From IMG/VR virus record IMGVR_UViG_3300010366_000055, positions 1-27,364 of that record: a stretch of DNA of 27,364 bases. The stretch is one strand, 5' to 3'. The notes under the pieces were generated by a model, which saw only the letters and a program-made list of their open reading frames with translations, was not told the origin of the DNA and did no database searches. Position 1 is the stretch's first letter; each line of letters begins with the position of its first letter. Source of the stretch: a virus. Taxonomy: Duplodnaviria; Caudoviricetes. A program made the position numbers and the translations under genes. This document shows, in pieces, positions 14,094-23,347 of the stretch.

Positions 14094-16676
14094 TCAAGCT
14101 CCGAAGAGCACGTAGCCGACCGAGATGGTTCCCGCCGTGCGATTCACCAGCCGGATCTTGGCCGGCGCCGCTGTGGAGACGTCGATCGTGAATTGCGAGG
14201 CGGGATACGAAGCCACGGTGTCCGTGCCCAGAGTCGAGGTGCTGGTAGTGCCGCCGACGAATACCTGCTGGACGAAGCCCGACGCATCGCCGGCGCGGAA
14301 GTTGATCCAGCCTCCGCACCCGACGTACGAGTTGCTGCGCGGGAAGAGGATCATGGAGCCGATGACCACCGCGGCCCTGGTGGACAGATCAATAGTGGAG
14401 ATGGTGCCGGCGGCGATGCTGGCCACGTTGCCGCCCTGGAAGGAGTAGGGAGGGGTTGCAGTCACTCCCTGGCTGCCGGTGACGGTCGCGCCTGAATTGA
14501 CGTTTCCGCTCACGCTCAGGGCGGCGACTCCGCCCGACCCGGTGGCGTCGAGTGTGAGCACGTTTGCGGCCGAGCGGTACAGGAACGCGTCCTGGGCAGC
14601 GCTGCCCGAGCCGAAGGAGAGCCGCCCGGTGTTGGAGAGCACGAGGCGATAGGCAGAGTCTCCGGGCACCAGCGTGACCACGCCCGCCGCCCCGGAGAAG
14701 ACCTTGAGCCCGCTGATTCCCTCCGTCCCGGTCAGGTGCACGAGGTTGGAGTCGTTGATCGGGACGCCCGCCTGGCTGGACAGGAACCAGCGCCCCGCCC
14801 CGCCGCCCGAGTCGCCGTACTCGAACTCGACCGTCTCGAAGCGGTTGATGGTCACCGGCCCCGAACCAGGGAGCACGAAGCAGTTAGTGGCCAAGCTGTT
14901 GCCGGAGTCGAAGTGGGTGAAGGTGATGCTGCCGCCAATGTTCAGGGCGTTGCAGATGACGATCTTGCGCCCGAACACGCCCCCGGCGATGCCGGTGATG
15001 GTGAAGGCCGAGGCGGCGCCGTACACGAGCACGAACCCGTCGCTGGAGAAGCCGACGGGCGCCCAGTTGTTCTGATTGGCGCTCAGGGTCAAGGTCGCCA
15101 CCGAGGCGTCCGGCAGCACTCCGCACTCGACCACATCGCCGACCCCGATCGCCCGCGCCGTGGAGCTGTCGGTGCTGCGCTGCGCGAAGGTAAGCGTGTC
15201 CGCGGTCTGCGTGAGCGCGGAGGCGTCTCCGCTCAAAAGCGCGACGTCCTGCAGCGCGAGCGCGCCCTGAAAGGTGAGGCGGTAGTTGGGGTAGGCGAGC
15301 TCGACCAGCACGTTGCCCGCGCCGATGGCGGCCAGTCCCTCGAGTGCCGTCTGCAGGGTGGCGGCGGACACGTTGTAGGCCTGCGCGGCGGTGTAGTTGA
15401 CGCCGTCGAGCGAGAGGCGGAAGGTGCCCGCATCGGCATCGATGTGCACGGTCTGCACCTCCGACTGCCCGGGCGCGGTCAGCAGCGAAGAGTCGGCGGC
15501 CACCAACGCCACGTTGGTGGCCGCCAGCGTGCCCGCGAATGTGAGCGTGTACGGGTTGGCGCCGGCCACGGTCACGTTTCCGGCGCCGATCGAGGAGAGG
15601 CCCTGCAGCGCCGTCTGGACGGTGGCCGCCGGTGCGTTCCAGGCCAGGGCCGAGGTGGTGGCGCCCCCGAAGGTGAGCGTGTACGTGCCCCCGTTGGTGG
15701 TAGCCGACACGGTCAGCGTCTGTACCTCGTTCACCGGCCCGCCCGCGGCCCCGTCGATTACGACCGACACGGTGCCCGTGGCCGTGAGCGAGCCGGTGTT
15801 GGCGGTCATCTGCGCCACGTTGGTGTTCGCCAGCGCACCCGTGAACTCCACCCGATAGAGCGGATAGGCGCCGGTCACGGTGGCGTTGCCGGAGCCGACC
15901 GTGGACATGGCCTGAACGGCGCTCTGCACGGCGGCCGCGGCGGCGTTGTAGGCGATGGCGGCGGAGGTGGCCGCGCCCAGCGTGAGCGTGTACGCGCCCC
16001 CGCCGCCCCCGGACACGTCGACGGACTGGACGTCGTTCACGAGCGCCACCGGATCACCGTCGGATTCGGTCAGGACGGTGACGCCGGATGTGAGCGCACC
16101 GGCGGCAAGCGTAATGGCGGCCACGTTCGTGCCCGCCAGCGTCCCGCCGAAGGTGATCAGTCCGGCCGCAACCGTCACGCTGCCGCCCGCGCCGCCGATG
16201 GTCGCCAGCGCGTTCAGCGCGCTCTGGATATCGGCGTCGGTGGCGTTGTAAGCAAGCGCCGGCGTCGTGGCGGCTCCGAAAGTGAGCGTGTACGTGCCGC
16301 CCGCGGCGGCGATGGAGAGTTGCTGCTGCTCGTTCTGAGCGTCGAGTACGCCGGCGGCGGCACCCGCGACCGTCTCCTCCACCGTCACCGTGCCCTGACC
16401 GGGCATGCCCTCCTGCACGCTGGCGATCACCAGCGAGCCGGCGCGCGTCGAGGAGCTGACCCCGGAGACGAGGATCGTCTCCCAGTCCGGCCCCGGGTCG
16501 AGCTGCTGCGCGCCGTGCGCGACAATCTTGAACGGCGGCGTGAGCGTGGACAGGGTCTTCATGAACTGATCGTCGGTGAGGTGATCGACCTGCAAGCTCA
16601 TGCCCGTGTCCGGCGGCACGGGTGGCACCGACACCGCCGCGCGCACGAGCTGGGTCTTGGGGTCAACGGTCGGCAT
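14094..16676 (-). CDS. Tail fibre / receptor-binding protein with four tandem ~100-aa domains
   Basis: Last gene of the tail module; repeats NEVQT...GGTYTLTFG...T.ALAYNA....VQ.AL..L..IG.GNVTV. Confidence 0.8.
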   Translation of the reverse strand: MPTVDPKTQLVRAAVSVPPVPPDTGMSLQVDHLTDDQFMKTLSTLTPPFKIVAHGAQQLDPGPDWETILVSGVSSSTRAGSLVIASVQEGMPGQGTVTVEETVAGAAAGVLDAQNEQQQLSIAAAGGTYTLTFGAATTPALAYNATDADIQSALNALATIGGAGGSVTVAAGLITFGGTLAGTNVAAITLAAGALTSGVTVLTESDGDPVALVNDVQSVDVSGGGGGAYTLTLGAATSAAIAYNAAAAAVQSAVQAMSTVGSGNATVTGAYPLYRVEFTGALANTNVAQMTANTGSLTATGTVSVVIDGAAGGPVNEVQTLTVSATTNGGTYTLTFGGATTSALAWNAPAATVQTALQGLSSIGAGNVTVAGANPYTLTFAGTLAATNVALVAADSSLLTAPGQSEVQTVHIDADAGTFRLSLDGVNYTAAQAYNVSAATLQTALEGLAAIGAGNVLVELAYPNYRLTFQGALALQDVALLSGDASALTQTADTLTFAQRSTDSSTARAIGVGDVVECGVLPDASVATLTLSANQNNWAPVGFSSDGFVLVYGAASAFTITGIAGGVFGRKIVICNALNIGGSITFTHFDSGNSLATNCFVLPGSGPVTINRFETVEFEYGDSGGGAGRWFLSSQAGVPINDSNLVHLTGTEGISGLKVFSGAAGVVTLVPGDSAYRLVLSNTGRLSFGSGSAAQDAFLYRSAANVLTLDATGSGGVAALSVSGNVNSGATVTGSQGVTATPPYSFQGGNVASIAAGTISTIDLSTRAAVVIGSMILFPRSNSYVGCGGWINFRAGDASGFVQQVFVGGTTSTSTLGTDTVASYPASQFTIDVSTAAPAKIRLVNRTAGTISVGYVLFGA

Positions 16677-18364
16677 CAGTAAGGGGCGTTGGTGATGCGG
16701 GGCGAGAGCTCGAGCTCGACGGTGTAGTCACGCCAGCCGCTGTCAACGCTCGCGCTCTCGTGCAGCCCCTCCACCCAGAAGTCGGAGCGGATCAGCTGCG
16801 CGGCCGTCGCGGGCGGCGGGCGCTCGATTACGCTCACCGGGCTGGAGATGTCCAGCAGCCCCACCAGCGGGTACAGGTGAGCCGGGTCGCGCTCGGGCAT
16901 GACCGAGAACGACTCCACCCGGTAGCGGGGGGTCGACTGCGTCTGCATGATCCAGTCCGCCTGCTGGCCGGCGTAGTAGTCGGGCTGGCCGCCGGCGTGC
17001 TTTCGCACCAGCGTGTCGCGGTCGAGCGAGCGGCGCCCGTAAGTGTTGACGGAGAAGGAAGAGACGCGCCGCTGGGGGATGAACTGCTCGTCGTGCAGGC
17101 CAAGGCGAGTGACGCGGACGTCGTTAAACACATGGTCGAGATCACGCGCGGAGGTAATGCCGGCGTAGTAGTTCTCGGCCGTCGAGCGCCCCGGCTTGGT
17201 GAGCGCGTCCCCGAACACGGCCGGGTTGGCCCACGATTGGTAGCGCTGCTTTCGGCCCTCGAACTTGAGCGCGCCGTAGCGGGTGGCGAAGAACTGGCCC
17301 AGCTCACTATCGGCGATCGCCTGCGCCGCCTCCAGCGAGGACGAGCCCCAGGGCGAGTGCGGGATGAGCGAGTGCGTGCCGGTGGCAATCGAGCGCAGCG
17401 AAACAGGCCAGCCCCACTCGTTCAGCATGGCGGTGATCTGGGCGCCGCTGGCAGCGGCGGGGAAGATGGGCCGTTCGCCGAACACGGTCAGGAAGATCGA
17501 GTTGGTGTATTCGCCGGACACGAAGGTCATGGAGCCGATCGAGCGCACCAGGCGCTCCTGCTTGAGCGCCACCTCGTATACCGTCCCCGGCAGCGGGTGG
17601 CGGCCGTGCCCGCCGTGCTTGTGGTGGTGCAGGTGGCGGTGGTGGCGGCGATGCTTGTGCCGGCGGTGGTGACGGTGCCAGGGCTGCAACGGATGGTCGA
17701 GGCGGAGTGTGGCCTTGTTGCCGGTCACGCCGTCCTGATCCATGTAGCGGATGTCGAACTCGGTCGCCGTGCGGATGAAGATCTCCTTGCCCGGGGTGCG
17801 CGGCCCGGGCGTGATCTCGGCGTACACACGCGCCGCCTCTTGCCCAGGAGCGCCCATGGTGCCGATCTGGTTGTAGGCGGGCGTGCGCTCCGTCCACGTG
17901 CCCAGCTTCACCCGCCCGGCACCGAAGCCGGCCCCGTCGTCGTTTTCGGGGTAGAAGAACTGCGCCAGCAGACCCAGGGCGTCCGTGGCCGTCACCGTGA
18001 CCTCGCTGTAGCGCGAGCCGCCGCCTGAGGTCGTGCCTCCGTCCGGAGTGCGTGTCACTTCGGCGCGCTCGATATAGCCGGCGAAGCGCAGCCAGAAGCC
18101 CGACCCGTATACGACCCCGAGCCGGATCGGCGTCCACGGCCTGACCCAGCTCGAAGCCGCACCCGAGAAGGGATGAAACCTGCCGTCGACGTTCTTGAAC
18201 ACCAGCTGGCAGTCGCCGGGCTCGAAAGAGTCGAGCTCGTACTGGCGCCCGCGGTTGAGGTCGAATGAGCGCAGGTACCTGGACACGTCCGTCCACGTCC
18301 ACACACCGGCGTTCCAGTTCTGCCCCACGGCGATTTGGCACACCCAGCGGCCGGCGGCTGCCAT
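16676..18364 (-). CDS. Minor tail / tail-tip protein
   Basis: Follows the tape measure; WTDVSRYLRSFDLNRGRQYELDSFEPG.C.L...N.DGRF.P motif typical of actinophage-type minor tail proteins. Confidence 0.82.
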   Translation of the reverse strand: MAAAGRWVCQIAVGQNWNAGVWTWTDVSRYLRSFDLNRGRQYELDSFEPGDCQLVFKNVDGRFHPFSGAASSWVRPWTPIRLGVVYGSGFWLRFAGYIERAEVTRTPDGGTTSGGGSRYSEVTVTATDALGLLAQFFYPENDDGAGFGAGRVKLGTWTERTPAYNQIGTMGAPGQEAARVYAEITPGPRTPGKEIFIRTATEFDIRYMDQDGVTGNKATLRLDHPLQPWHRHHRRHKHRRHHRHLHHHKHGGHGRHPLPGTVYEVALKQERLVRSIGSMTFVSGEYTNSIFLTVFGERPIFPAAASGAQITAMLNEWGWPVSLRSIATGTHSLIPHSPWGSSSLEAAQAIADSELGQFFATRYGALKFEGRKQRYQSWANPAVFGDALTKPGRSTAENYYAGITSARDLDHVFNDVRVTRLGLHDEQFIPQRRVSSFSVNTYGRRSLDRDTLVRKHAGGQPDYYAGQQADWIMQTQSTPRYRVESFSVMPERDPAHLYPLVGLLDISSPVSVIERPPPATAAQLIRSDFWVEGLHESASVDSGWRDYTVELELSPRITNAPY

Positions 18365-20434
18365 CTACGTCCCCGCAAACTGCAGCCCTCGGCGGTTTCC
18401 CCTGAGCGCACGCACCCGCACCGCCTGCGCCACCTCGCGCCCGTCCAGGTGCACGTGGATGTGCTCGTGGACGACCCCGCCGCCACCACCGGCACGGCCC
18501 GGGACGATGCGCCCGCGCGAGGAGGGCACGAACAGCTCCGGGCCGCGCTCGCCCACGATGTAGGGGCGCCCCATTCCCACCGGGCCGCCGTGCTGCTTGT
18601 GCCCGATGTGCTTGAAGGCGGTGGTGACAGTCGAGAACACCGTGCGCGGCACGCTCCGCAGCGTTGCTGCCAGGTGGTCGAGCGCTGCCTGCCCGGCCAC
18701 GCTCAGTTTTATGTCCACCGATTTCTTGCCCGGCAGTCCCTGGATCTGTCCCTTGAGGCTGCCCACCTTGCCGGCGGCGCCCTGGGCGGCGTTGCCGGCC
18801 ACCGCCACCGAGGCGCGGAAGTCCTGGGAGCGCTTCCTGGCCGTGCCGGCGGCGGCGGCGTAGTTCTTGTGCGCCTGGGTGGCGCGGGCGGTGGCGGCGG
18901 AGAGCGTGCGGCTGGCCGCCGCTCCCTTGATCGCACCGTCCTTGACCGCCCGCTGCACATTGCGCAGGTTGGTCTGCGCGGCCGCGTCGCGCTTGGAGGC
19001 CTGGGTCGCATCCTGCTGCGCGGAGCGGTAGCGGCGGTAGCTCGCGACCACGCCCGAGATCTGGGTCAGGAATCCGCGCACCTTGCCGGTCGGCAGCGCC
19101 GAGATGCTCTTGAACACGCGCGCGCTTGTGACCGGGGGCAGGCTCTGGATCTGCTTGAACACGCCGATCAGGGTCTTGTACGGGGCCGTGGGCAACTTGG
19201 TGGTCAGGGTGCGGAAGCGCGGGTGCGCGGCCGCCATCGTTTCGAACGGCGGTGTGGCCGCCGCCCCGGGGCCGATGGGGAAGCCGAGAAAGCTTGAGTA
19301 GTCGCCGCCCTTGCGGCCGCTCACCTTCTTCAGGTGGAAGAAGGAGCGCGCCAGCTTGTCGGTGCCCTTGGCCAGGCCGATGGTCGCGGCCACCGCGGTG
19401 GCCGCGGCGGCGCCCCATCCGCCGGCGCCGCTCGAGGCCGCCGCCCAGTCGATGGACTTGAACGCCTTGCCCATGCTGACCAGCTGCACGGTGAACTGGG
19501 CGATCTTGAAGGCGGCGTAGGCGGCCGCCACCGCCTTGATCGCGTTCCCCCACCCGCCCATCAGGCTGACGAAGCCCTTCACCACCGCGATGGCGGCCTT
19601 GACCGCGTCCACCACCCCGTGCAGGGCGTCGCGCAGGTCGTTCTGCGCCTGCTTGGAGTGACGGAAACGCAGCACCAGCTGGTCGAACCACTTGATCGCC
19701 TTAGTCAGGTAGGGGATCACCCCGGTGGCGAAGGAGATCTTCAGCCCCAGCAGGGCGAAGTTCATCTCGTGCTGGGCGGCGATGAAGTCCTTGACGCTCT
19801 TGATGTTCTTGCCCCCGAAGGAGGCGCCGTACTTGTTCGCCTCGCGCAGCTGCTCGCGGATGCCGCTGCCGCCCTTGGACAGGATGGGGATGAGCGTCTG
19901 CCATCCCCTGCCGAACAGCTTCATGGCGATCGCGGCTTTGCGCGCCCCGGTCGGCATCCTGGCCAGGCCGCTCGCCACCTGCTCCAGTGTGCCCTCAAAA
20001 TTCTGGTTCTTGAGCTCGCGCACGGGCACGCCCAGCAACTTGAACTCCTCCCGCGCCGCCTTCGAGCCCTGGTTGGCGGACACGATCTGCTTGGACAGCG
20101 TGCCGAAGCCCTGCGCCAGCGATTTGGCATCGATGCCGCGCGCCTTCGCCACCGCGCCCCACTCGGAGGCCTGCTTGGTCGTGAGCCCGAGCGTGTCGTG
20201 CAGGCGAATGGTGGTCTTGGCCAGGTCCTCGGTGGTGGAGATCGCGTCCTTGGCCGCCGAGATGGCCGCGTATCCGGCGCCCAGGCCGAGCAGCGCCTTG
20301 CCCACGTTCTTGAGCGGATTGGTGATGGAGGCGGTGACCTTGCCGAAGCTCTGCGCGTCCTTGCCCGCGCCCTTGAACGCGCGCGAGAGGCCACGGGTAT
20401 CGCCGGTGATGAAGACTTCAAGCTTGCGGGCCAT
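18365..20434 (-). CDS. Tape measure protein
   Basis: MARKLEVFITGDT start, Ala/Lys-rich helical body, C-terminal GGPV..GRPYIVGERGPELFVP. Confidence 0.92.
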   Translation of the reverse strand: MARKLEVFITGDTRGLSRAFKGAGKDAQSFGKVTASITNPLKNVGKALLGLGAGYAAISAAKDAISTTEDLAKTTIRLHDTLGLTTKQASEWGAVAKARGIDAKSLAQGFGTLSKQIVSANQGSKAAREEFKLLGVPVRELKNQNFEGTLEQVASGLARMPTGARKAAIAMKLFGRGWQTLIPILSKGGSGIREQLREANKYGASFGGKNIKSVKDFIAAQHEMNFALLGLKISFATGVIPYLTKAIKWFDQLVLRFRHSKQAQNDLRDALHGVVDAVKAAIAVVKGFVSLMGGWGNAIKAVAAAYAAFKIAQFTVQLVSMGKAFKSIDWAAASSGAGGWGAAAATAVAATIGLAKGTDKLARSFFHLKKVSGRKGGDYSSFLGFPIGPGAAATPPFETMAAAHPRFRTLTTKLPTAPYKTLIGVFKQIQSLPPVTSARVFKSISALPTGKVRGFLTQISGVVASYRRYRSAQQDATQASKRDAAAQTNLRNVQRAVKDGAIKGAAASRTLSAATARATQAHKNYAAAAGTARKRSQDFRASVAVAGNAAQGAAGKVGSLKGQIQGLPGKKSVDIKLSVAGQAALDHLAATLRSVPRTVFSTVTTAFKHIGHKQHGGPVGMGRPYIVGERGPELFVPSSRGRIVPGRAGGGGGVVHEHIHVHLDGREVAQAVRVRALRGNRRGLQFAGT

Positions 20435-20630
20435 ACATCCCTCGCATGAACTCGTACGTGTCCAGCCACTCGCTCAGGCGCACGCCGCCCATGTCCTCCG
20501 GCCGGCGCTGCATCACCCACCCGATCCAGGGACGCCACCAAGCTCGAGGCTCGGTTGGCCATTCGTCTCCCCGGACTCCGCCGGCGCGGGCAATGTCGGC
20601 GAAGAAACCGGAAAGGCTGCGGCCGGGGGG
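20418..20630 (-). CDS. Tail assembly chaperone extension (gpGT-like, -1 frame)
   Basis: -1 frame open from ~20635 to 20418: ...EPRAWWRPWIGWVMQRRPEDMGGVRLSEWLDTYEFMRGMYGPQA; candidate slippery C CCC CCG at 20630-20624. Confidence 0.55.
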   Translation of the reverse strand, partial: PPGRSLSGFFADIARAGGVRGDEWPTEPRAWWRPWIGWVMQRRPEDMGGVRLSEWLDTYEFMRGMYGPQA

Positions 20631-20947
20631 CGGGAATCATCCTCGGACGGCGGCGGGAACACGAACTCGACCTGGTCGATGTCCAGCTGCCCCACCGTCT
20701 CGACTGTCTCGCGCGGGTTGGAGCGGTGCAGGGCCAGCCACAGCATCGCCAGCATGACGCGCGCATCCGGGTCGTCCGACTCGAGCTCGGTCCCGAAGGC
20801 GACCATGCCCATGCCGGTGATGCGGCTGATCTCCCCCGCCTCCTCCCAGTCGAGCCGGGACAGGTCGAGCGGGTAGAAGACGCCGCCCACCTTGACGCCG
20901 CTCTCGTTGGGCCCTGCAACCTGCTGCGGGCCGTCGTTCTGCGTCAT
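20513..20947 (-). CDS. Tail assembly chaperone (gpG-like)
   Basis: Position before the tape measure, AGGAGG RBS, acidic protein with a Pro-rich tail. Confidence 0.75.
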   Translation of the reverse strand: MTQNDGPQQVAGPNESGVKVGGVFYPLDLSRLDWEEAGEISRITGMGMVAFGTELESDDPDARVMLAMLWLALHRSNPRETVETVGQLDIDQVEFVFPPPSEDDSRPPAAAFPVSSPTLPAPAESGETNGQPSLELGGVPGSGG

Positions 20948-20956
20948 CGCATCCTC

Positions 20957-21322
20957 CTAGGCGTTGAAGTGGTCTGCAACCCGGTCGAGCGTATGCTCCA
21001 TCACCGCCACCACCTCGGGGCTCTTGGCATCGAGCGCCGGCATGAGGTCGCGGGTCATCTGGTACGTGCCCCAGAACGGGTGCTGCCCGGTCGTGCGGCG
21101 CCGCGTCTGCTCCGCCACCGCCGTGGAGGCGCCCTTGGCGCGCCCGCGGATGGTGGAGGCCGAAGGCGGGTACTTGGGCATGAGCCGCGAGCGCGCGTCC
21201 GCGGCCACCAGCTCGCCCGCGGTCTTGAGATCGGAGCGGATCCCGTCGTAGGCTTCACGGTCGGCCAGCTTGAGCGCCGCCTGCAGCTGCGCCAGGCCGA
21301 CGATCTCGACCTGGCCTTTCAT
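20957..21322 (-). CDS. HK97 gp10-like tail completion protein
   Basis: VEIVGLAQLQAALK...LKTAGELVAADARSR...LMPALDA; ATG 21322 overlaps the upstream stop. Confidence 0.7.
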   Translation of the reverse strand: MKGQVEIVGLAQLQAALKLADREAYDGIRSDLKTAGELVAADARSRLMPKYPPSASTIRGRAKGASTAVAEQTRRRTTGQHPFWGTYQMTRDLMPALDAKSPEVVAVMEHTLDRVADHFNA

Positions 21323-21714
21323 ACCCGGTTGATCGCGCCCGAGACCTCGATGGTGGTGGTGGCGTTGGCGACGTCGCCCACCGCTCCCACCACGGGCACG
21401 TACTCGGCCAGGAAGCAGCTCGCCCCGTTGAAGCCCGTGCTGGCCCCGTCTCCCTTCACGTTGGTGATGAAAGACGTGCCGCCGGTGAAGAGCGGCGCCA
21501 GGGTGGCGTTCACCTTGGTGAGGGCGAAGTCCTGCCGCCAGGTGATGGCGAAGTTGTTGTCCTGCAGCCCGCCCAGCTCGTACGTGCCCCCGTCCGCGCC
21601 CGCGGTGGCGTCGACCATGTTGCGGGACATGTTCACGGTCACGTCCGCCACGTACGTGGACAGGTCGACGCCGTTGATGCTCACGGTCGGGTTCTTGATG
21701 ATGTGCTTGGCCAT
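21319..21714 (-). CDS. Tail tube (major tail) protein, paralogue 2
   Basis: VSINGVDLSTYVADVT...DAT..D.....GGLQD...ITWRQDF...EY.PV.GAVGDVA..T.T..V.G. Confidence 0.8.
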   Translation of the reverse strand: MAKHIIKNPTVSINGVDLSTYVADVTVNMSRNMVDATAGADGGTYELGGLQDNNFAITWRQDFALTKVNATLAPLFTGGTSFITNVKGDGASTGFNGASCFLAEYVPVVGAVGDVANATTTIEVSGAINRV

Positions 21715-21726
21715 CGATCCTCCTCT

Positions 21727-22140
21727 CTAGGCCGTCGCGTAGGTGAGGGCGCCCTGCACGGTCAGGGTCACGGTCGCATCGGCCGTATCCCCGATCGCGC
21801 CCCCGATGGGCGTGTAGCTCTCCACCAGCACCGTGCCCGTCCACTTGGGGTTCGAGGTTCCCACTGTGCCCGCATCCGAGCGGATCTCCACCGGCACGCC
21901 CGTGCCGGCCAGGAAGGCGGCCGAGAAGGTGGCATCCACCAGCGCGGCGGCGTAGTCCTGGCGCAGGGTGACGTCGATGGAGTCGTTGCGCAAGCCCGGG
22001 AGCTTGGCCACACCCTGGTCGCCCATCGCCGTCACCTCCTGCGTGGGCTGCGTCCAGTTCAGGGTGATGTCGGACACGTAGTTGGACAGGGCGACGGAGT
22101 TGAAGTTGAAGTACGCGTTCGTGAACACGAAGCGCGCCAT
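21727..22140 (-). CDS. Tail tube (major tail) protein, paralogue 1
   Basis: FNSVALSNYVSDIT...EVTAMGD.....PGLR...VTLRQDYAA..VDAT...SNPKWTGTVLVESYTPIGGAIGD. Confidence 0.85.
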   Translation of the reverse strand: MARFVFTNAYFNFNSVALSNYVSDITLNWTQPTQEVTAMGDQGVAKLPGLRNDSIDVTLRQDYAAALVDATFSAAFLAGTGVPVEIRSDAGTVGTSNPKWTGTVLVESYTPIGGAIGDTADATVTLTVQGALTYATA

Positions 22141-22143
22141 CGC

Positions 22144-22317
22144 CTATTCCTCCTTTCCGGCGGTGCTGCCGGAGGGCGCCTCGATGTGCCCGCCCTCGAC
22201 CAGCGCCTGCACCTGTTCCTCGGTCAACTCGGCGGTGAAGGTCTCGCCCGGCTGGGCTCCGAACACCACCGAGTCGCCGACGTTCTTGTACTCGTTCCCT
22301 GCTTTCTTCCTGGCCAT
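22144..22317 (-). CDS. Small hypothetical protein (57 aa) in the neck/tail region
   Basis: MARKKAGNEYKNVGDSVVFGAQPGETFTAELTEEQVQALVEGGHIEAPSGSTAGKEE; RBS AAGGAGG. Confidence 0.7.
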   Translation of the reverse strand: MARKKAGNEYKNVGDSVVFGAQPGETFTAELTEEQVQALVEGGHIEAPSGSTAGKEE

Positions 22318-22327
22318 CCGATCCTCC

Positions 22328-22747
22328 TTAGCTCGTTCCCAGCACCAGCCCGTGCACGTAGAAGCGGCAGGCCAGCACCGCCAGCCCGTCCGGTCGCTGC
22401 GCCACCCCGTAGTCGGATATGCGCGTCACCTGCACGTCCTGGCATGTCCCGCCCAGGCTGTCGTCGGCCTCCAGCGCCTGCTTCACCGAGCGCGGACCCG
22501 AGCCCGCCATCAGCTTGTCCAGCTCCACCTGCGAGCCGATGTCGGTGGAGAAGGGCATGACCGCCTCCACCACGAACTCGAACTCGTCCATTCCCCTGTT
22601 GGCGGCGCCGTCGAAGGTGACTTCGGCCGGATACACCTGCAGAAGCGGCGGGGTGGGATCGGCCAGCAGCACCGGCGATACCTGCACGTCGGTGATGGCC
22701 TCAAGCGCGTTCGCCATTCCCTGCCGGATAGCGCCCAGGTCGGCCAT
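22328..22747 (-). CDS. Tail terminator / head-tail joining protein
   Basis: Position before the tail tube; MADL.AIR..MA..L...SVKQALEAD.SLGG pattern. Confidence 0.7.
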   Translation of the reverse strand: MADLGAIRQGMANALEAITDVQVSPVLLADPTPPLLQVYPAEVTFDGAANRGMDEFEFVVEAVMPFSTDIGSQVELDKLMAGSGPRSVKQALEADDSLGGTCQDVQVTRISDYGVAQRPDGLAVLACRFYVHGLVLGTS

Positions 22748-23347
22748 CTAGGACAGGAAGCTCTTCTCGTACGGCTGCAGGAGCAGGCGCACGTCCGGGT
22801 CGACCGAGGCGATGCGGGCGGCAGTGCCTTCCAGTCCGAGCGAGACCACGCCGAAGGTGGCCTCCCGCACCCTGCGCAGGAGACGGATCGTAAGGATGCG
22901 AGTGGCCTCGTTGATCTCCGGCGGGACGGCCGGCCAGCCGTACGTGCCGGTCACGGTCACGCGCCCGTCCCAGTTGGGAAAGGAGGGGTCGAGCTCGCGC
23001 TGCGTCCACAGGAACTGGCGCCCGATCGCCCGCGCGGCCGTGTACGGGCGCGACTCTGCCGCCGCGTTGATCGGCTCCAGGTAGAAGTCCGAGTCCTTGA
23101 CCCAGGTGGAGCCCTGCGCACTGAGGGAGGTAAAGCTCACCAGGTCGTCGAAGGAGACCAGCCCCGGCGACAGGGGAACGAACTGGCGTGAGGAATCGGA
23201 GCTGTCCTTGTCGAAGCGCCGCCCCGTCTGCTGCTCGACCGCGCCCGAGGCGGCGCCAATGGCGTTGGAGATGTCGGCATCCGCGTAGGTTTGCGCGCTC
23301 AATGAGAGTGAGCCCTTGATCTCCGCCAGGGTGGTGTACGTCCCCAC
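22748..23347 (-). CDS. Head-tail adaptor (gp6/gp15-like)
   Basis: YTTLAEIK..L...AAS..VE..TGRRF...VTVTGTYGWPAVPPEI.EAT...DPDV..LL.PY. Confidence 0.85.
   Translation of the reverse strand: MGTYTTLAEIKGSLSLSAQTYADADISNAIGAASGAVEQQTGRRFDKDSSDSSRQFVPLSPGLVSFDDLVSFTSLSAQGSTWVKDSDFYLEPINAAAESRPYTAARAIGRQFLWTQRELDPSFPNWDGRVTVTGTYGWPAVPPEINEATRILTIRLLRRVREATFGVVSLGLEGTAARIASVDPDVRLLLQPYEKSFLS

Noticed and set aside
14094-16676. Diversity-generating retroelement or invertible tail-fibre system
   Set aside because: No reverse transcriptase, invertase or template/variable repeat pair seen; the repeats are diverged protein domains
14736-18028. Long plus-strand ORFs (648 aa, 468 aa) and similar antisense ORFs genome-wide
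   Set aside because: Shadow frames of GC-rich minus-strand genes; no recognisable motifs
17307-19691. 794-aa Arg/Gly-rich minus-strand ORF overlapping the tape measure and minor tail genes
   Set aside because: Alternate-frame artefact of high GC at third codon positions
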